Shown: positions 25,326-34,498 of the stretch, one piece after another
How positions within the stretch are numbered: the stretch's first letter is position 1
Layout of the letters: every line of letters starts with the position of its first letter
DNA from: a virus
Lineage: Duplodnaviria; Caudoviricetes
Reading direction: 5' to 3' (one strand)
Virus record (IMG/VR): IMGVR_UViG_3300047308_000012
Location: 1 to 37,214 of that record
Length of the DNA: 37,214 nucleotides
Notes under the pieces: generated by a model
Databases searched by the model: none
Seen by the model: only the letters and a program-made list of their open reading frames with translations
What the model was told of the DNA's origin: nothing
Made by a program: the position numbers and the translations under genes

Positions 25326-27171
25326 CGACTGGGTGTTTGATCTGGAAACTTTTCCAAATGTATTTACAGCAGCGTTTGAACACTCTGACGCCCCCATCAC
25401 CCTGTCCTTTGAGATCAGCGAGTCGCGCAACGACAGCCGGGACATCATCGCTTTTCTCCAGTTCCTCAAGGAAACGGATGCGCGACTTGTGGGCTTCAAC
25501 AACCTTGGCTTCGACTACCCCGTCCTCCATACGCTAATCCGCATGGGTCACAGTGACGCCAACACGCTGTACCAAAAGGCGATGGCGATCATCAACAGTC
25601 AGGACGAAGACGGCAGCAGGTGGATGCACCTTGTCAAACCTTCTGACCAGTTTGTGCAGCAGATCGACCTGTTCAAGATTCACCACTTCGACAACAAGGC
25701 CCGCGCCACCAGCTTGAAGATGCTGGAGTTCAACATGCGCAGCGACACGATTGAAGACTTGCCGTTCCCTGTGGGTACGATGCTGAACCCGCAGCAGATC
25801 GTGGTGCTCAAGCAGTACAACGCCAAGGACGTGCGGGAGACTAAGGCGTTCTTGCACAAGTCGATGGACATGATCCACTTTCGTGAAGAACTCACGCGCA
25901 AGTACCAGCGTGACTTCATGAACCACAACGACACCAAGATCGGCAAGGACTACTTCGTCATGAAGCTGGAGGAAGCCGGTGTGTCTTGCTACGACTTCGG
26001 CCCCAAGGGTCGCACGCCCCGGCAGACCAAGCGCCCGGTCATTGCGCTCAAGGACGCCATCTTGCCTTGGATCACGTTCGAGCAGCCCGAGTTCAACCGG
26101 GTGCTTAACTGGCTCAAGGCCCAATCAATTACAGAGACCAAGGGAGTCTTCAATGACCTTACTGCAAGCGTTAATGGTTTTACTTTTGTGTTTGGTTTGG
26201 GTGGCATTCATGGAAGCATCGAGTCAGAAGTCATTGAGTCGGATGATGACCATATCATTGTTGATCTTGATGTCACTTCTTACTATCCCAATCTGGCTAT
26301 TACTAATTCTTTTTATCCTGCGCATCTTGGACGTGATTTTGTGAGCATTTACAAGTTCCTGTTTGAGCAGCGCAAGTTATACCCTAAGAAGTCAGCAGAG
26401 AGCGCCATGCTGAAGCTGGCGCTGAACGGTGTGTACGGTGACAGCAACAACCAGTTCAGCGTGTTCTACGACCCGCTGTTTACCATGAGCATCACGCTCA
26501 ACGGGCAACTGCTGCTGTGCCTGCTGGCCGAGGGGCTGATGCACATTCCCGGCCTGCGCATCATTCAGGTCAACACCGATGGCTTGACGGTGCGTGTGCC
26601 CCGCAGCCAGAAAGTGCTGGTCGATCTGGCCCGTGCTGCATGGCAGTTGCGCACCGGCCTCAACCTTGAGGAAGCCATTTATAAGGCCATGATGGTGCGC
26701 GATGTCAACAATTACATCGGCGTCTTTATGGACGGCAGCACCAAGCGCAAGGGTGCATACGAGTGGGACATGGATTGGCATCAGAACGCTGGCGGCTTGG
26801 TCATTGCCAAGGTGGCCGAGAAGGTACTGGTCGAGGGTGCGCCCATCCGCAAGACGCTGGAGCAGTGGCCTGACATCATGGACTTCATGCTGCGCACCAA
26901 GGTTCCTCGGTCAAGTCACTTGGGGCTTGAGCGTGACGGTGTGACTACGCAGTTGCAGAACATCACGCGCTACTACATCGCCGAGGGTGGTGGTCGCCTG
27001 TTCAAGTGGATGCCACCGTTGGCCAAGAGGCCCGGTGAGTGGCGAAAGATTGGTGTGGAGTCCGGCTGGGGTGTCCAGCCTTGCAACGACATCAAGGACG
27101 CAGGCAAGTTGCCTGTTGATTTCAACTACTACGTCAGAGAAGTGGAGAAGCTATGTCTCAGTCTAGCGTGA
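25318..27171 (+). CDS. DNA polymerase, family B, with 3'-5' exonuclease
   Basis: Start MSNDWVFDLETF after GGAG; GFNNLGFD, YNAKDV; motif A DLDVTSYYPN, motif B KLALNGVYG, motif C VNTDG. Confidence 0.9.
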   Translation: MSNDWVFDLETFPNVFTAAFEHSDAPITLSFEISESRNDSRDIIAFLQFLKETDARLVGFNNLGFDYPVLHTLIRMGHSDANTLYQKAMAIINSQDEDGSRWMHLVKPSDQFVQQIDLFKIHHFDNKARATSLKMLEFNMRSDTIEDLPFPVGTMLNPQQIVVLKQYNAKDVRETKAFLHKSMDMIHFREELTRKYQRDFMNHNDTKIGKDYFVMKLEEAGVSCYDFGPKGRTPRQTKRPVIALKDAILPWITFEQPEFNRVLNWLKAQSITETKGVFNDLTASVNGFTFVFGLGGIHGSIESEVIESDDDHIIVDLDVTSYYPNLAITNSFYPAHLGRDFVSIYKFLFEQRKLYPKKSAESAMLKLALNGVYGDSNNQFSVFYDPLFTMSITLNGQLLLCLLAEGLMHIPGLRIIQVNTDGLTVRVPRSQKVLVDLARAAWQLRTGLNLEEAIYKAMMVRDVNNYIGVFMDGSTKRKGAYEWDMDWHQNAGGLVIAKVAEKVLVEGAPIRKTLEQWPDIMDFMLRTKVPRSSHLGLERDGVTTQLQNITRYYIAEGGGRLFKWMPPLAKRPGEWRKIGVESGWGVQPCNDIKDAGKLPVDFNYYVREVEKLCLSLA

Positions 27172-27443
27172 TGGAAACAACCTTAGAAGAAATTGAGGAG
27201 TGGAACAAATTGACAGCAATGAACAAACAAGTGGCGGGCAACCATTACAAGGACTTGCCAATTCAACCCGTCGAGTACATCCACGCCAACGCGCTGGGCT
27301 ACTTTGAGGGCAACGTGGTCAAGTACATCAGCCGCTGGCGCAAGAAGAACGGAATTGCCGATCTTGAGAAGGCCAAGCACTACATCGAGTTGTTGATCGA
27401 GTTGGAGAGTCGCAAGGCTGACGGGGAGTGTGGCGGTGCTTGA
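27153..27443 (+). CDS. DUF3310 protein
   Basis: QVAGNHYK...IQPVEYI...GNVVKYISRWRKKNGIADLEKAKHY; start may be 27171. Confidence 0.85.
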   Translation: MSQSSVMETTLEEIEEWNKLTAMNKQVAGNHYKDLPIQPVEYIHANALGYFEGNVVKYISRWRKKNGIADLEKAKHYIELLIELESRKADGECGGA

Positions 27444-27732
27444 GAAACAAATTGAAGCCAAGGTCTGCGACTACGCCAAAGAGTGCGGGCTGGGTGTTTA
27501 CAAATTCACCAGTCCGGCCCGTGCTGCTGTGCCTGATCGCATGTTTATGTACAAGGGTCGCGTGTTCTTTATCGAGTTTAAGCGCGAGGGGCAAAAGGCA
27601 ACACCCGCACAAGAGCGTGAGCACAACAGGATGCGTCAGCATCAGATCAACGTGTTTGTGGTGGACAACGTGGAGCAAGGGGAAATTGTGATTGCCGCAA
27701 TGATGCGAATGATTGAGCACATTCTATGCTGA
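27430..27732 (+). CDS. VRR-NUC nuclease
   Basis: LEKQIEAKV...KFTSP...VPDR...FIEFKR...TPAQ. Confidence 0.88.
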   Translation: MAVLEKQIEAKVCDYAKECGLGVYKFTSPARAAVPDRMFMYKGRVFFIEFKREGQKATPAQEREHNRMRQHQINVFVVDNVEQGEIVIAAMMRMIEHILC

Positions 27733-29132
27733 CACCTGACCTGCTGCATGGGTATCAAAAGAAGATGGTAAATTTTCAATGCACCAGACCTCACACGATG
27801 ATGTGGGCAGATATGGGATTGGGGAAGACCATCACCACTCTCACATCCATCGTGCATTTAGTGAATGCAGGCTTCCTGCGCGGGGTCATCATCGTAGCCC
27901 CCATCCGAGTCATTCGACTGGTGTGGCGTCAAGAGGCTGTGAAGTGGGAGCACACCAAGCACCTCAAGTTCAGCATGGTCACGGGCACTAAAGATCAGCG
28001 CACCCGCGCCCTGCTGCGCCCCGCTGACGTGTACATGACCAACTATGAGAACCTCGGCTGGTTGGCCGAAACCTTGCAGACTTACTTCGTCAAGAAGGAC
28101 AAACCCATACCTTTTAACGGGATCATTTGGGACGAGATCAGCAAGATGAAGAACAGCGCCACGAACCGGGTCAGAGCGTTTCGCAAGATCGCTGACAAGT
28201 TCGACTGGACTACGGGCCTTACCGGCACACCTGCCAGCAACGGGTACAAAGATTTGCACGGTCAGTTCCTCGTGGTGGACAAGGGTGAGCGTCTGGGCAC
28301 TAGCAAGACAGCGTTCAAGACCCGGTTTTACAAGAAGGTTGGGCCGTACAAGGAAGTGCCGTATGAGGACACCGAGGACACGATCAAGAAGCTGATCGGG
28401 GACATCACGCTTGAGATGTCAGCCGAGGACTACAACCCGCTGCCTGACCTGATTGTCAACAACGTCGAGATCGAGATGCCTGACGAATTGAGGGCCAAGT
28501 ACGACAAGCTGGAGAAGGAGTTCTTCTTGGTGCTGGACAGCGGCAAGGAGGTTGAGGCGTTTAACCAAGCTGCCTTGACCAACAAGTGTTTGCAGTTCTC
28601 CAACGGCGCGATGTACCCCATCGCCGGGATGCCGCTGTGGGAGCCAGTGCATGACATGAAGCTGGACGCCCTTGAGGACATCATCGACGAGGCCCAAGGG
28701 TCGCCCGTGCTGTGCGCCTACGCCTACCGATCAGACGCTGCCCGGATCATGGAGAAGTTCAAGGCGCTGCGCCCCATCAACCTGACCGAGTGCAAAAGCG
28801 AGGCGTCATTGACCAACGCCATGCACCGCTGGAAGACTGGCGATTGCTCCTTGATGATCGGTCACCCTGCGTCGATGGGTCACGGTATTGACGGCTTGCA
28901 AAAGAACGGCCACATCCTCGTGTGGTATGGCCTCAACTGGTCGCTGGACCTGTACGAGCAGTTCAACGCCCGAGTGCGCCGCCAAGGTCAGGGAGCACCT
29001 GTGATGTGCCACCGCATTTTGATGCAAGCCACGCTGGACCAAGCGCAGGCACTGGCACTCGACGAGAAGGCTACCACGCAGGCCGGATTGCGCAACGCTG
29101 TAAAACAATATCGCATATCTAAAAATGTGTGA
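27726..29132 (+). CDS. SNF2-like superfamily 2 helicase
   Basis: DMGLGKT, WDEIS, LTGTPASN, HPASMGHGID, QFNARVRRQGQ. Confidence 0.9.
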   Translation: MLTPDLLHGYQKKMVNFQCTRPHTMMWADMGLGKTITTLTSIVHLVNAGFLRGVIIVAPIRVIRLVWRQEAVKWEHTKHLKFSMVTGTKDQRTRALLRPADVYMTNYENLGWLAETLQTYFVKKDKPIPFNGIIWDEISKMKNSATNRVRAFRKIADKFDWTTGLTGTPASNGYKDLHGQFLVVDKGERLGTSKTAFKTRFYKKVGPYKEVPYEDTEDTIKKLIGDITLEMSAEDYNPLPDLIVNNVEIEMPDELRAKYDKLEKEFFLVLDSGKEVEAFNQAALTNKCLQFSNGAMYPIAGMPLWEPVHDMKLDALEDIIDEAQGSPVLCAYAYRSDAARIMEKFKALRPINLTECKSEASLTNAMHRWKTGDCSLMIGHPASMGHGIDGLQKNGHILVWYGLNWSLDLYEQFNARVRRQGQGAPVMCHRILMQATLDQAQALALDEKATTQAGLRNAVKQYRISKNV

Positions 29133-29146
29133 TACACTTGTGTCAC
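29128..29146 (+). promoter_or_regulatory. Extended -10 promoter inside an imperfect palindrome
   Basis: TGTGA-TACACT followed by TGTGTCACA; AGGAG and ATG at 29167 downstream. Confidence 0.5.
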
Positions 29147-29166
29147 ATCAACAACAGGAGAAAACG

Positions 29167-29331
29167 ATGAACACGGCACTTTTAATCAAAGTAAGAACCC
29201 TCTACCCTCAAAGCCGATACCTGCAACGCCAGTGGATCAAAAGCGTGCGCCATCTTGGCGACCGCTGGCTGGTGCGTACACCGCAATCTAAGGCGACCCT
29301 GATGGAGCAGGCAGCGGGGAGGATGGTATGA
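29167..29331 (+). CDS. Hypothetical protein (54 aa)
   Basis: CAGGAG RBS; MNTALLIKVR. Confidence 0.7.
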   Translation: MNTALLIKVRTLYPQSRYLQRQWIKSVRHLGDRWLVRTPQSKATLMEQAAGRMV

Positions 29332-29636
29332 CCGTAATTGAAATGGCGCGGGAGGCTGGAATGACAGGTTTGGAAGATGGCGGTTTGCTTGAAAACTTCT
29401 TGGCATTTGCCGAGCTTGTCCGTGCTGACGAGCGCAGGGCCATGATGCAGTTGTTCACCGACCCTGAGAACCAGCCTACGCAGCATGGCACAGTCACGGT
29501 AGAGTACATGCAGCGTGAGATCGCTGACGAACGTGAGGCGTGTGCAAAGGTGTGTGAAAACGAATGGTCAACTTTGGCTGAGAGCAAGTACGGAGAAGAG
29601 TGTGCAGACGCCATCCGAGCAAGGAGCAACACATGA
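29328..29636 (+). CDS. Hypothetical phage protein
   Basis: 102 aa; FAELVRADER...EREACAKVCE...CADAIRAR; ATGA overlap. Confidence 0.75.
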   Translation: MTVIEMAREAGMTGLEDGGLLENFLAFAELVRADERRAMMQLFTDPENQPTQHGTVTVEYMQREIADEREACAKVCENEWSTLAESKYGEECADAIRARSNT

Positions 29637-29845
29637 AATGTAAGTGCCACCTCAACTCGCCCTTCCTGTGGGCCAGCAACCCACGCCCCAGCATGTTCGT
29701 CAAGGACGTGTACTTCAGGCCCAAGGCCGCGCAGGTGTACGAAAACTTGACCAAGGAGGAGAACGTCTTGGCGTACAAGCAGTTCAGCATCCACAGTCGG
29801 GCGCACCCCAAAGTCAAACCGTCTAAGAACAAGCACGAACTATGA
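29633..29845 (+). CDS. Hypothetical protein
   Basis: AAGGAG RBS; MKCKCHLNSPF; ATGA overlaps on both sides. Confidence 0.65.
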   Translation: MKCKCHLNSPFLWASNPRPSMFVKDVYFRPKAAQVYENLTKEENVLAYKQFSIHSRAHPKVKPSKNKHEL

Positions 29846-30345
29846 AAAAGAAAAGCAAGTACAAACCTCGCGGGGTACGCCTAGACAACATGTCGTGGCT
29901 CATCGCTGGCATGAAGAAGGTCGGCGCTTTGCCCACTGCTGGCGTGGCGCTGAAACTCAAGAACCGTGAGGCGCTTGACTCCATTCTGACGGGACACGGC
30001 AGCAGGGAACACGTTGATGTGCTGATCTCAGCGGTCAACATGAGCGAAGCGATGATCCGCATACGTGACGATCTGGGGCGCGATTGGGCAGGCGAGATCA
30101 GGGCCGCACAAGACGCCGTTTATGCAATGGGTGTGCGGGGCTATGAGAAGGGGTCGTTTGTGTTCACGGGGCCAGAGATGACGGCTGTCAAGCTGATCAT
30201 GGACCTGCACGACAGCCAACTGGACGACTGCACTGTCCGGGAGATGGAGCAGGCCCTATTCATCGTTGAGGAAGAACTTAGGATGCGTAAGGCCCGTGCC
30301 ATCGTCAAGACAAGAACAGCGCAATCTCCGCTTCCCTGCGCTTGA
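29842..30345 (+). CDS. Hypothetical phage protein
   Basis: 167 aa; MKKKSKYKPR...DLHDSQL; last rightward gene. Confidence 0.75.
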   Translation: MKKKSKYKPRGVRLDNMSWLIAGMKKVGALPTAGVALKLKNREALDSILTGHGSREHVDVLISAVNMSEAMIRIRDDLGRDWAGEIRAAQDAVYAMGVRGYEKGSFVFTGPEMTAVKLIMDLHDSQLDDCTVREMEQALFIVEEELRMRKARAIVKTRTAQSPLPCA

Positions 30346-30808
30346 CCAGCCCCGGCAGCACTTTGCCGCCGCCCTTGGTCCAGACTCTGAACGCATCGGC
30401 TGCGCCCTCCCAGTCACCACGGTTTGCCCGCATACGGATCGTGGACCGCTGGAGGTTGCCTAGCCCGAAATTGAAGGATATAGAGACCAGAGCGTCGAAG
30501 CTGCCTTGACGGCCAACAACGCCGGGAACAAGTCGAAGAACACCACGTTCAAAACTTGCGACATCAGCGCGGAATAGTTCGTCGATTTCCGTTTTAGTCC
30601 AGACACGGTTGTCCTCCGGTTTCAATGGCATCTCTTTGCGGATCATGCCTGTGTAGCCCTCCACCCGCACCACGGGTAGCCTGATCTGCTCTTGGTACAG
30701 AACGTGGCCGTAGCCAATCGTCCAGATGTGTGCTGGGCAAAGGTAAGGCCGAGAGCGAAAGCCCTCGTACTTGTGCATCAGGTCTTCGCCTGCCTTGCCT
30801 AGTCTCAC
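30305..30808 (-). CDS. Endolysin, GH24 (T4/P21-like) lysozyme
   Basis: YEGFRSRPYLCPAHIWTIGYGH, FDALVSISFNFGLG, LPGLVKRREAE. Confidence 0.92.
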   Translation of the reverse strand: MRLGKAGEDLMHKYEGFRSRPYLCPAHIWTIGYGHVLYQEQIRLPVVRVEGYTGMIRKEMPLKPEDNRVWTKTEIDELFRADVASFERGVLRLVPGVVGRQGSFDALVSISFNFGLGNLQRSTIRMRANRGDWEGAADAFRVWTKGGGKVLPGLVKRREAEIALFLS

Positions 30809-31308
30809 TTCTTGCCCCAGTTACGGCTCCCGAACCAGAAGCCGATGATGCCGCCCAGCATAGCCATCTCGTCCGAGCTAAACACCAGATCAGAATACAG
30901 AATCACGTCATCAATGCTGCGGATCAGACCGGGGTGTTCCCACAAGTAGTAGCACATGAACGCATTGACCATCACCAACTCAATGACAAAGATGTAGGTC
31001 ACGGTAGGGCGTACAGTGCCCACGTAGCTGGACACCCATGTAGACGCCTTCTCTAGCACCTTGGCGTCATGCGCCAGCGCCGCCTCGGTCATCCGGGCAT
31101 CGGTCTCCATCGCCACCTGCTCAGTGCGGATTTCTTCGATGTGGGCTTGGGCAGCAAAGCCAGCAGCGGCCAGTTGGAGTTCACGCTCGGTCTGCACACG
31201 GGCCAGCGCCAACTCGTGTTTTTGATCGGCCTTGTTTTGGAAGTACTCCAGCAGCTTGGGCAGGCCGGAGATTAGCAGACCACCGAGAGTTGAAAACAGT
31301 GACAGCAT
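30805..31308 (-). CDS. Holin-like membrane protein (3TM / GTA-holin-like)
   Basis: Hydrophobic N-terminus, VRPTVTY, GIIGFWFGSR; adjacent to the endolysin. Confidence 0.65.
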   Translation of the reverse strand: MLSLFSTLGGLLISGLPKLLEYFQNKADQKHELALARVQTERELQLAAAGFAAQAHIEEIRTEQVAMETDARMTEAALAHDAKVLEKASTWVSSYVGTVRPTVTYIFVIELVMVNAFMCYYLWEHPGLIRSIDDVILYSDLVFSSDEMAMLGGIIGFWFGSRNWGKK

Positions 31309-31310
31309 AT

Positions 31311-31745
31311 TTACCCCTTGTTTTTGATTTGGTCAACGACCCAGAAGCCAAGAATCATCAGTGTTGAAAACAACAGCCCGACAAACGTCCAGCCAGCAAC
31401 GGCCCACGCTTTGGCGATCCTTGCTGCCTTTTTACGCAGTGCGGCTTTTTCAGCAGCGATGCGTTTGTGCTTGGCTTCTCGCTGAAACTTCAGCCAGTCA
31501 TCCCAAAGCCCTGCTCGACCGTGGTAGACCATCATGCGTTTGAGTTCAGCTTCATTGTTCTTTAGCTGCTCAAGAGCAGCGAACGCCTCCATGTCGTTGC
31601 CGCCTTCGGCCTTTTCTTGAATGACTGTCTTGTTGTCGAAGTAATCAAACAGCTTGGCCCCAGCAGCCATGATGTCGCCGCCGTTGTTGACTGTCTCACG
31701 AATAACGGCAAACGCTGCGTTTGCTGCGGCAAGTTCGACCAACAT
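31311..31745 (-). CDS. Membrane-anchored hypothetical protein
   Basis: 144 aa with a C-terminal transmembrane segment; in the lysis region. Confidence 0.7.
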   Translation of the reverse strand: MLVELAAANAAFAVIRETVNNGGDIMAAGAKLFDYFDNKTVIQEKAEGGNDMEAFAALEQLKNNEAELKRMMVYHGRAGLWDDWLKFQREAKHKRIAAEKAALRKKAARIAKAWAVAGWTFVGLLFSTLMILGFWVVDQIKNKG

Positions 31746-31748
31746 AAA

Positions 31749-31823
31749 TCACCCCACTACAACAAGAGCGACCTGAAGCAGCCACCACACAACAACAATA
31801 CCGATGGCGAGTTTCACTCTCAT
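31749..31823 (-). CDS. 24-aa transmembrane peptide
   Basis: MRVKLAIGIVVVWWLLQVALVVVG; ATGA overlap with the upstream peptide; stop 3 nt before the next ATG. Confidence 0.55.
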   Translation of the reverse strand: MRVKLAIGIVVVWWLLQVALVVVG

Positions 31824-31912
31824 GAAAACGCCCAGACTAACATGTGGGCGCAGTACACGACAAACCCCACAAGAACGACTGCTGCGATTAAGCTAACAGC
31901 CAAATCTTTCAT
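31820..31912 (-). CDS. 30-aa transmembrane peptide
   Basis: MKDLAVSLIAAVVLVGFVVYCAHMLVWAFS; ATG 2 nt after the upstream stop. Confidence 0.55.
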   Translation of the reverse strand: MKDLAVSLIAAVVLVGFVVYCAHMLVWAFS

Positions 31913-31914
31913 GG

Positions 31915-32124
31915 TTACAACCCAAAGACCTTCTTGACCAACTCAGCGGCCACGCCGGGGCCGAGCAAGACAGCAGCGATTACTGCGTACAGCAGATATT
32001 CAATCTTGGCCATGCGCTTGGAGCCTGACTCAAAACTCTTTTGAATCGTCTCGTAACGATGGGCGCACACTTGCTCATGTGTGGACAGACGGGCGTCTGT
32101 CGCACTGATCTGATCACTCATCAC
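31915..32124 (-). CDS. Small membrane protein (XhlA/holin-like)
   Basis: RLSTHEQVCAHRY...RMAKIEYLLYAVIAAVLLGPG. Confidence 0.65.
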   Translation of the reverse strand: MMSDQISATDARLSTHEQVCAHRYETIQKSFESGSKRMAKIEYLLYAVIAAVLLGPGVAAELVKKVFGL

Positions 32125-34497
32125 TTACCTCGCTAATGCGTTTTGATTTTCGGATTGGGGCGCAAGAGTGTTAGTTGGCGCAGCGGGCATTGCGGCAGCA
32201 CGAGTAACCGCCGCGCCCTTTGTCCAAGTCGCAGGATTGTTTAACATGCGAAGCACCGCACCACGCTCGACAGCAGGCAAAGTGTTAAGCATCTCTAACG
32301 CGCTTTTACCAGACACCATGCCGCTTTTCAACTTGGCTGCAACCTTTGGTCCAAGTCGGCCTTCTAACTCATCCATCGTAAGATTGGCAAACGTAACTTT
32401 GGGGTTGAGCGTGTTACGCAAACGGGGAAAAGTTCGTCCTGCCCGTTCAATAGCTTCTGCAAGTGCTTCTTTACCTTTCCCGGCTGCAATTTCCATAGTT
32501 GCAGTGTCTTCAATTCTTGACGCCAGCTTTTCGAGTGTGGGCATTTTGCTGCCCATCTCTTTAAAAATGTCGTAGCTGCCGGGACCAAAAATGGCCTCCA
32601 CGGCATCTGTGTTGTTGCCACGCACAAGACGCATGTACTCTTGTGGCGAATCCTTAAACAATTTTGCAGCTTCAGCAGCCATTGCTTTCTGGTCAATGGT
32701 TTGCATCCCTTGGGAATACGTCTTGAGGTAGTTGCTCCAATCAGTACCGCCTGCGTCTTCAATGGCCTTGTCAATCAATGGTCGAACATCTTCCAACACT
32801 CGGCGTGTAACTTTGGCGCTGACCTTTGGATCAGTTTGACCCATGATCTGTTGAATGCGCTCATTAATGCCTTCTTTACGCAATGTGTATAGGTCGTGCG
32901 CGTCAATGACACCGCCACCTTTTTGAGTCAGATTGGCGATGTCGTCCTTGATTGTCTCCAACACTTTGACAACATTTGAGCTTGCCCGAATGCCGGGAGT
33001 GGACAACCTTGTGTCAATTGCGCCAACAATTTTGCTTGCGTCGAGGGGGCTTAGACCGTAATCTTCCAAGCTGCCAATCTGACGTTCCAAGAACCCAGCT
33101 TCTGCACGGCGCTGACGGGCAATGTTGGCAAAGGTGTCAGATGTTTCTTGCCATTGCTCTGCCACAAACCGATTGGCTCGTTCAATTTTTCTGTCGTCTA
33201 CGCCCGGAACTGGTCCTTCCGAAACCACACCACGAGCGCCCCGAGAACGAGAAACCATTAACCGTCTAGCGGCGTCATCGGCAACATTTGCACGTTGCAA
33301 TGCTTCTGTGCCCGCATGAATTCCGGACACACCCGGCGCTGGAGTGCCAGCCGCACCAGACGGTAAATTTGCAGGCATACCTTGGCGCAACGCATTAACC
33401 ATTGACGCTTGACGCTGCTGCATTTGTGGCGCAAGACGATTGGTGGTCTGTGCGGCTTGATTTGCTGCTTGCAACTCGACGTTGCGCATGTCGGCGGTCA
33501 ACTGATTAAGACGTTTAATTGACGCATCGTATGCGCGGCGCATTTCGGTTTCGTTACCACCTTCAGCCATGCGCTGTAATTCCGCAATGTCACCATCAGC
33601 TTGCTGCTTTAGCTTAAGTGACACCTCGTCGGTTTTGTTGGCAAACGCACCTAAGGCTTGGAAGGCATTTTTCTGCACACCCGCCGTAGCTTGAGCAGCA
33701 GTCAGATCGTCAGGCGCAGCCGCTAATGCAGCGCGAATAGCGGCAATTTGATCACCTGCAACATCACGTGAAATTTTGCCTGCTTTAACGGCTGCAAGTC
33801 GGCCAGTAAATGCGTCTTTAAGAAAGCCCGAGCTTTTGGCAAGAACTTGAACAACGGGCGGCGCAACAAACGGAACAGCAGCGCCGATCAACGCACCTGT
33901 CTCAGCCTCGTTTGGATTAATTACCGCAGCAGTAGCGCCGCCAGTAATTGCGCCGCCTGCTGCGCGTGTGGCTATGCCGCCTTTAGAAAGCCCACCAGTA
34001 CGAATTGATTGCGCCAACGGTGCGGCTGCGGGGATTGCTTTTAACGGTGCGGCAAGCGCCATGCCTACGGGACCAGTGCCCAACACTTCACCACCAAGCT
34101 CGCCCGTACCAGTCAAAATCGGAAATTCTTTTTTAAACGGTGCAACTGTAGCTTGCGATTGGGCAAGGCGTCGAGCAGCGTCCTCTTGCAAAAACGTGCC
34201 CGTGTCTTTTGCGCCAATCTTTTCTAGACCCATGCCCATTAATCGTTGACCGCCAAGCACTACATTTGCAACGCCGCTGCTAAGACCTTGGAATGGCGCG
34301 GCAAGGCGGCGACCTTCTGCGGCTAACAAATCTTGACGTTGTTCTTGACGTGTGCGAGGTGGGGCAGGCGTTGCACTGGGTTGCGAGGGTTTATACACCG
34401 AAGCAGCAAACGCAATCGCATCTTGTTCCGTTGCGCCGGGGGGCGCATCTACCGGAATAATTGAGCCATCGGGCGCAGTGACATTAAAACGGGCCAT
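32125..34497 (-). CDS. Large DNA-ejection (internal virion) protein
   Basis: 790 aa, Ala/Gly-rich helical; third of three genes in the P22 gp7/gp20/gp16-like position. Confidence 0.65.
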   Translation of the reverse strand: MARFNVTAPDGSIIPVDAPPGATEQDAIAFAASVYKPSQPSATPAPPRTRQEQRQDLLAAEGRRLAAPFQGLSSGVANVVLGGQRLMGMGLEKIGAKDTGTFLQEDAARRLAQSQATVAPFKKEFPILTGTGELGGEVLGTGPVGMALAAPLKAIPAAAPLAQSIRTGGLSKGGIATRAAGGAITGGATAAVINPNEAETGALIGAAVPFVAPPVVQVLAKSSGFLKDAFTGRLAAVKAGKISRDVAGDQIAAIRAALAAAPDDLTAAQATAGVQKNAFQALGAFANKTDEVSLKLKQQADGDIAELQRMAEGGNETEMRRAYDASIKRLNQLTADMRNVELQAANQAAQTTNRLAPQMQQRQASMVNALRQGMPANLPSGAAGTPAPGVSGIHAGTEALQRANVADDAARRLMVSRSRGARGVVSEGPVPGVDDRKIERANRFVAEQWQETSDTFANIARQRRAEAGFLERQIGSLEDYGLSPLDASKIVGAIDTRLSTPGIRASSNVVKVLETIKDDIANLTQKGGGVIDAHDLYTLRKEGINERIQQIMGQTDPKVSAKVTRRVLEDVRPLIDKAIEDAGGTDWSNYLKTYSQGMQTIDQKAMAAEAAKLFKDSPQEYMRLVRGNNTDAVEAIFGPGSYDIFKEMGSKMPTLEKLASRIEDTATMEIAAGKGKEALAEAIERAGRTFPRLRNTLNPKVTFANLTMDELEGRLGPKVAAKLKSGMVSGKSALEMLNTLPAVERGAVLRMLNNPATWTKGAAVTRAAAMPAAPTNTLAPQSENQNALAR

Positions 34498-34498
34498 A

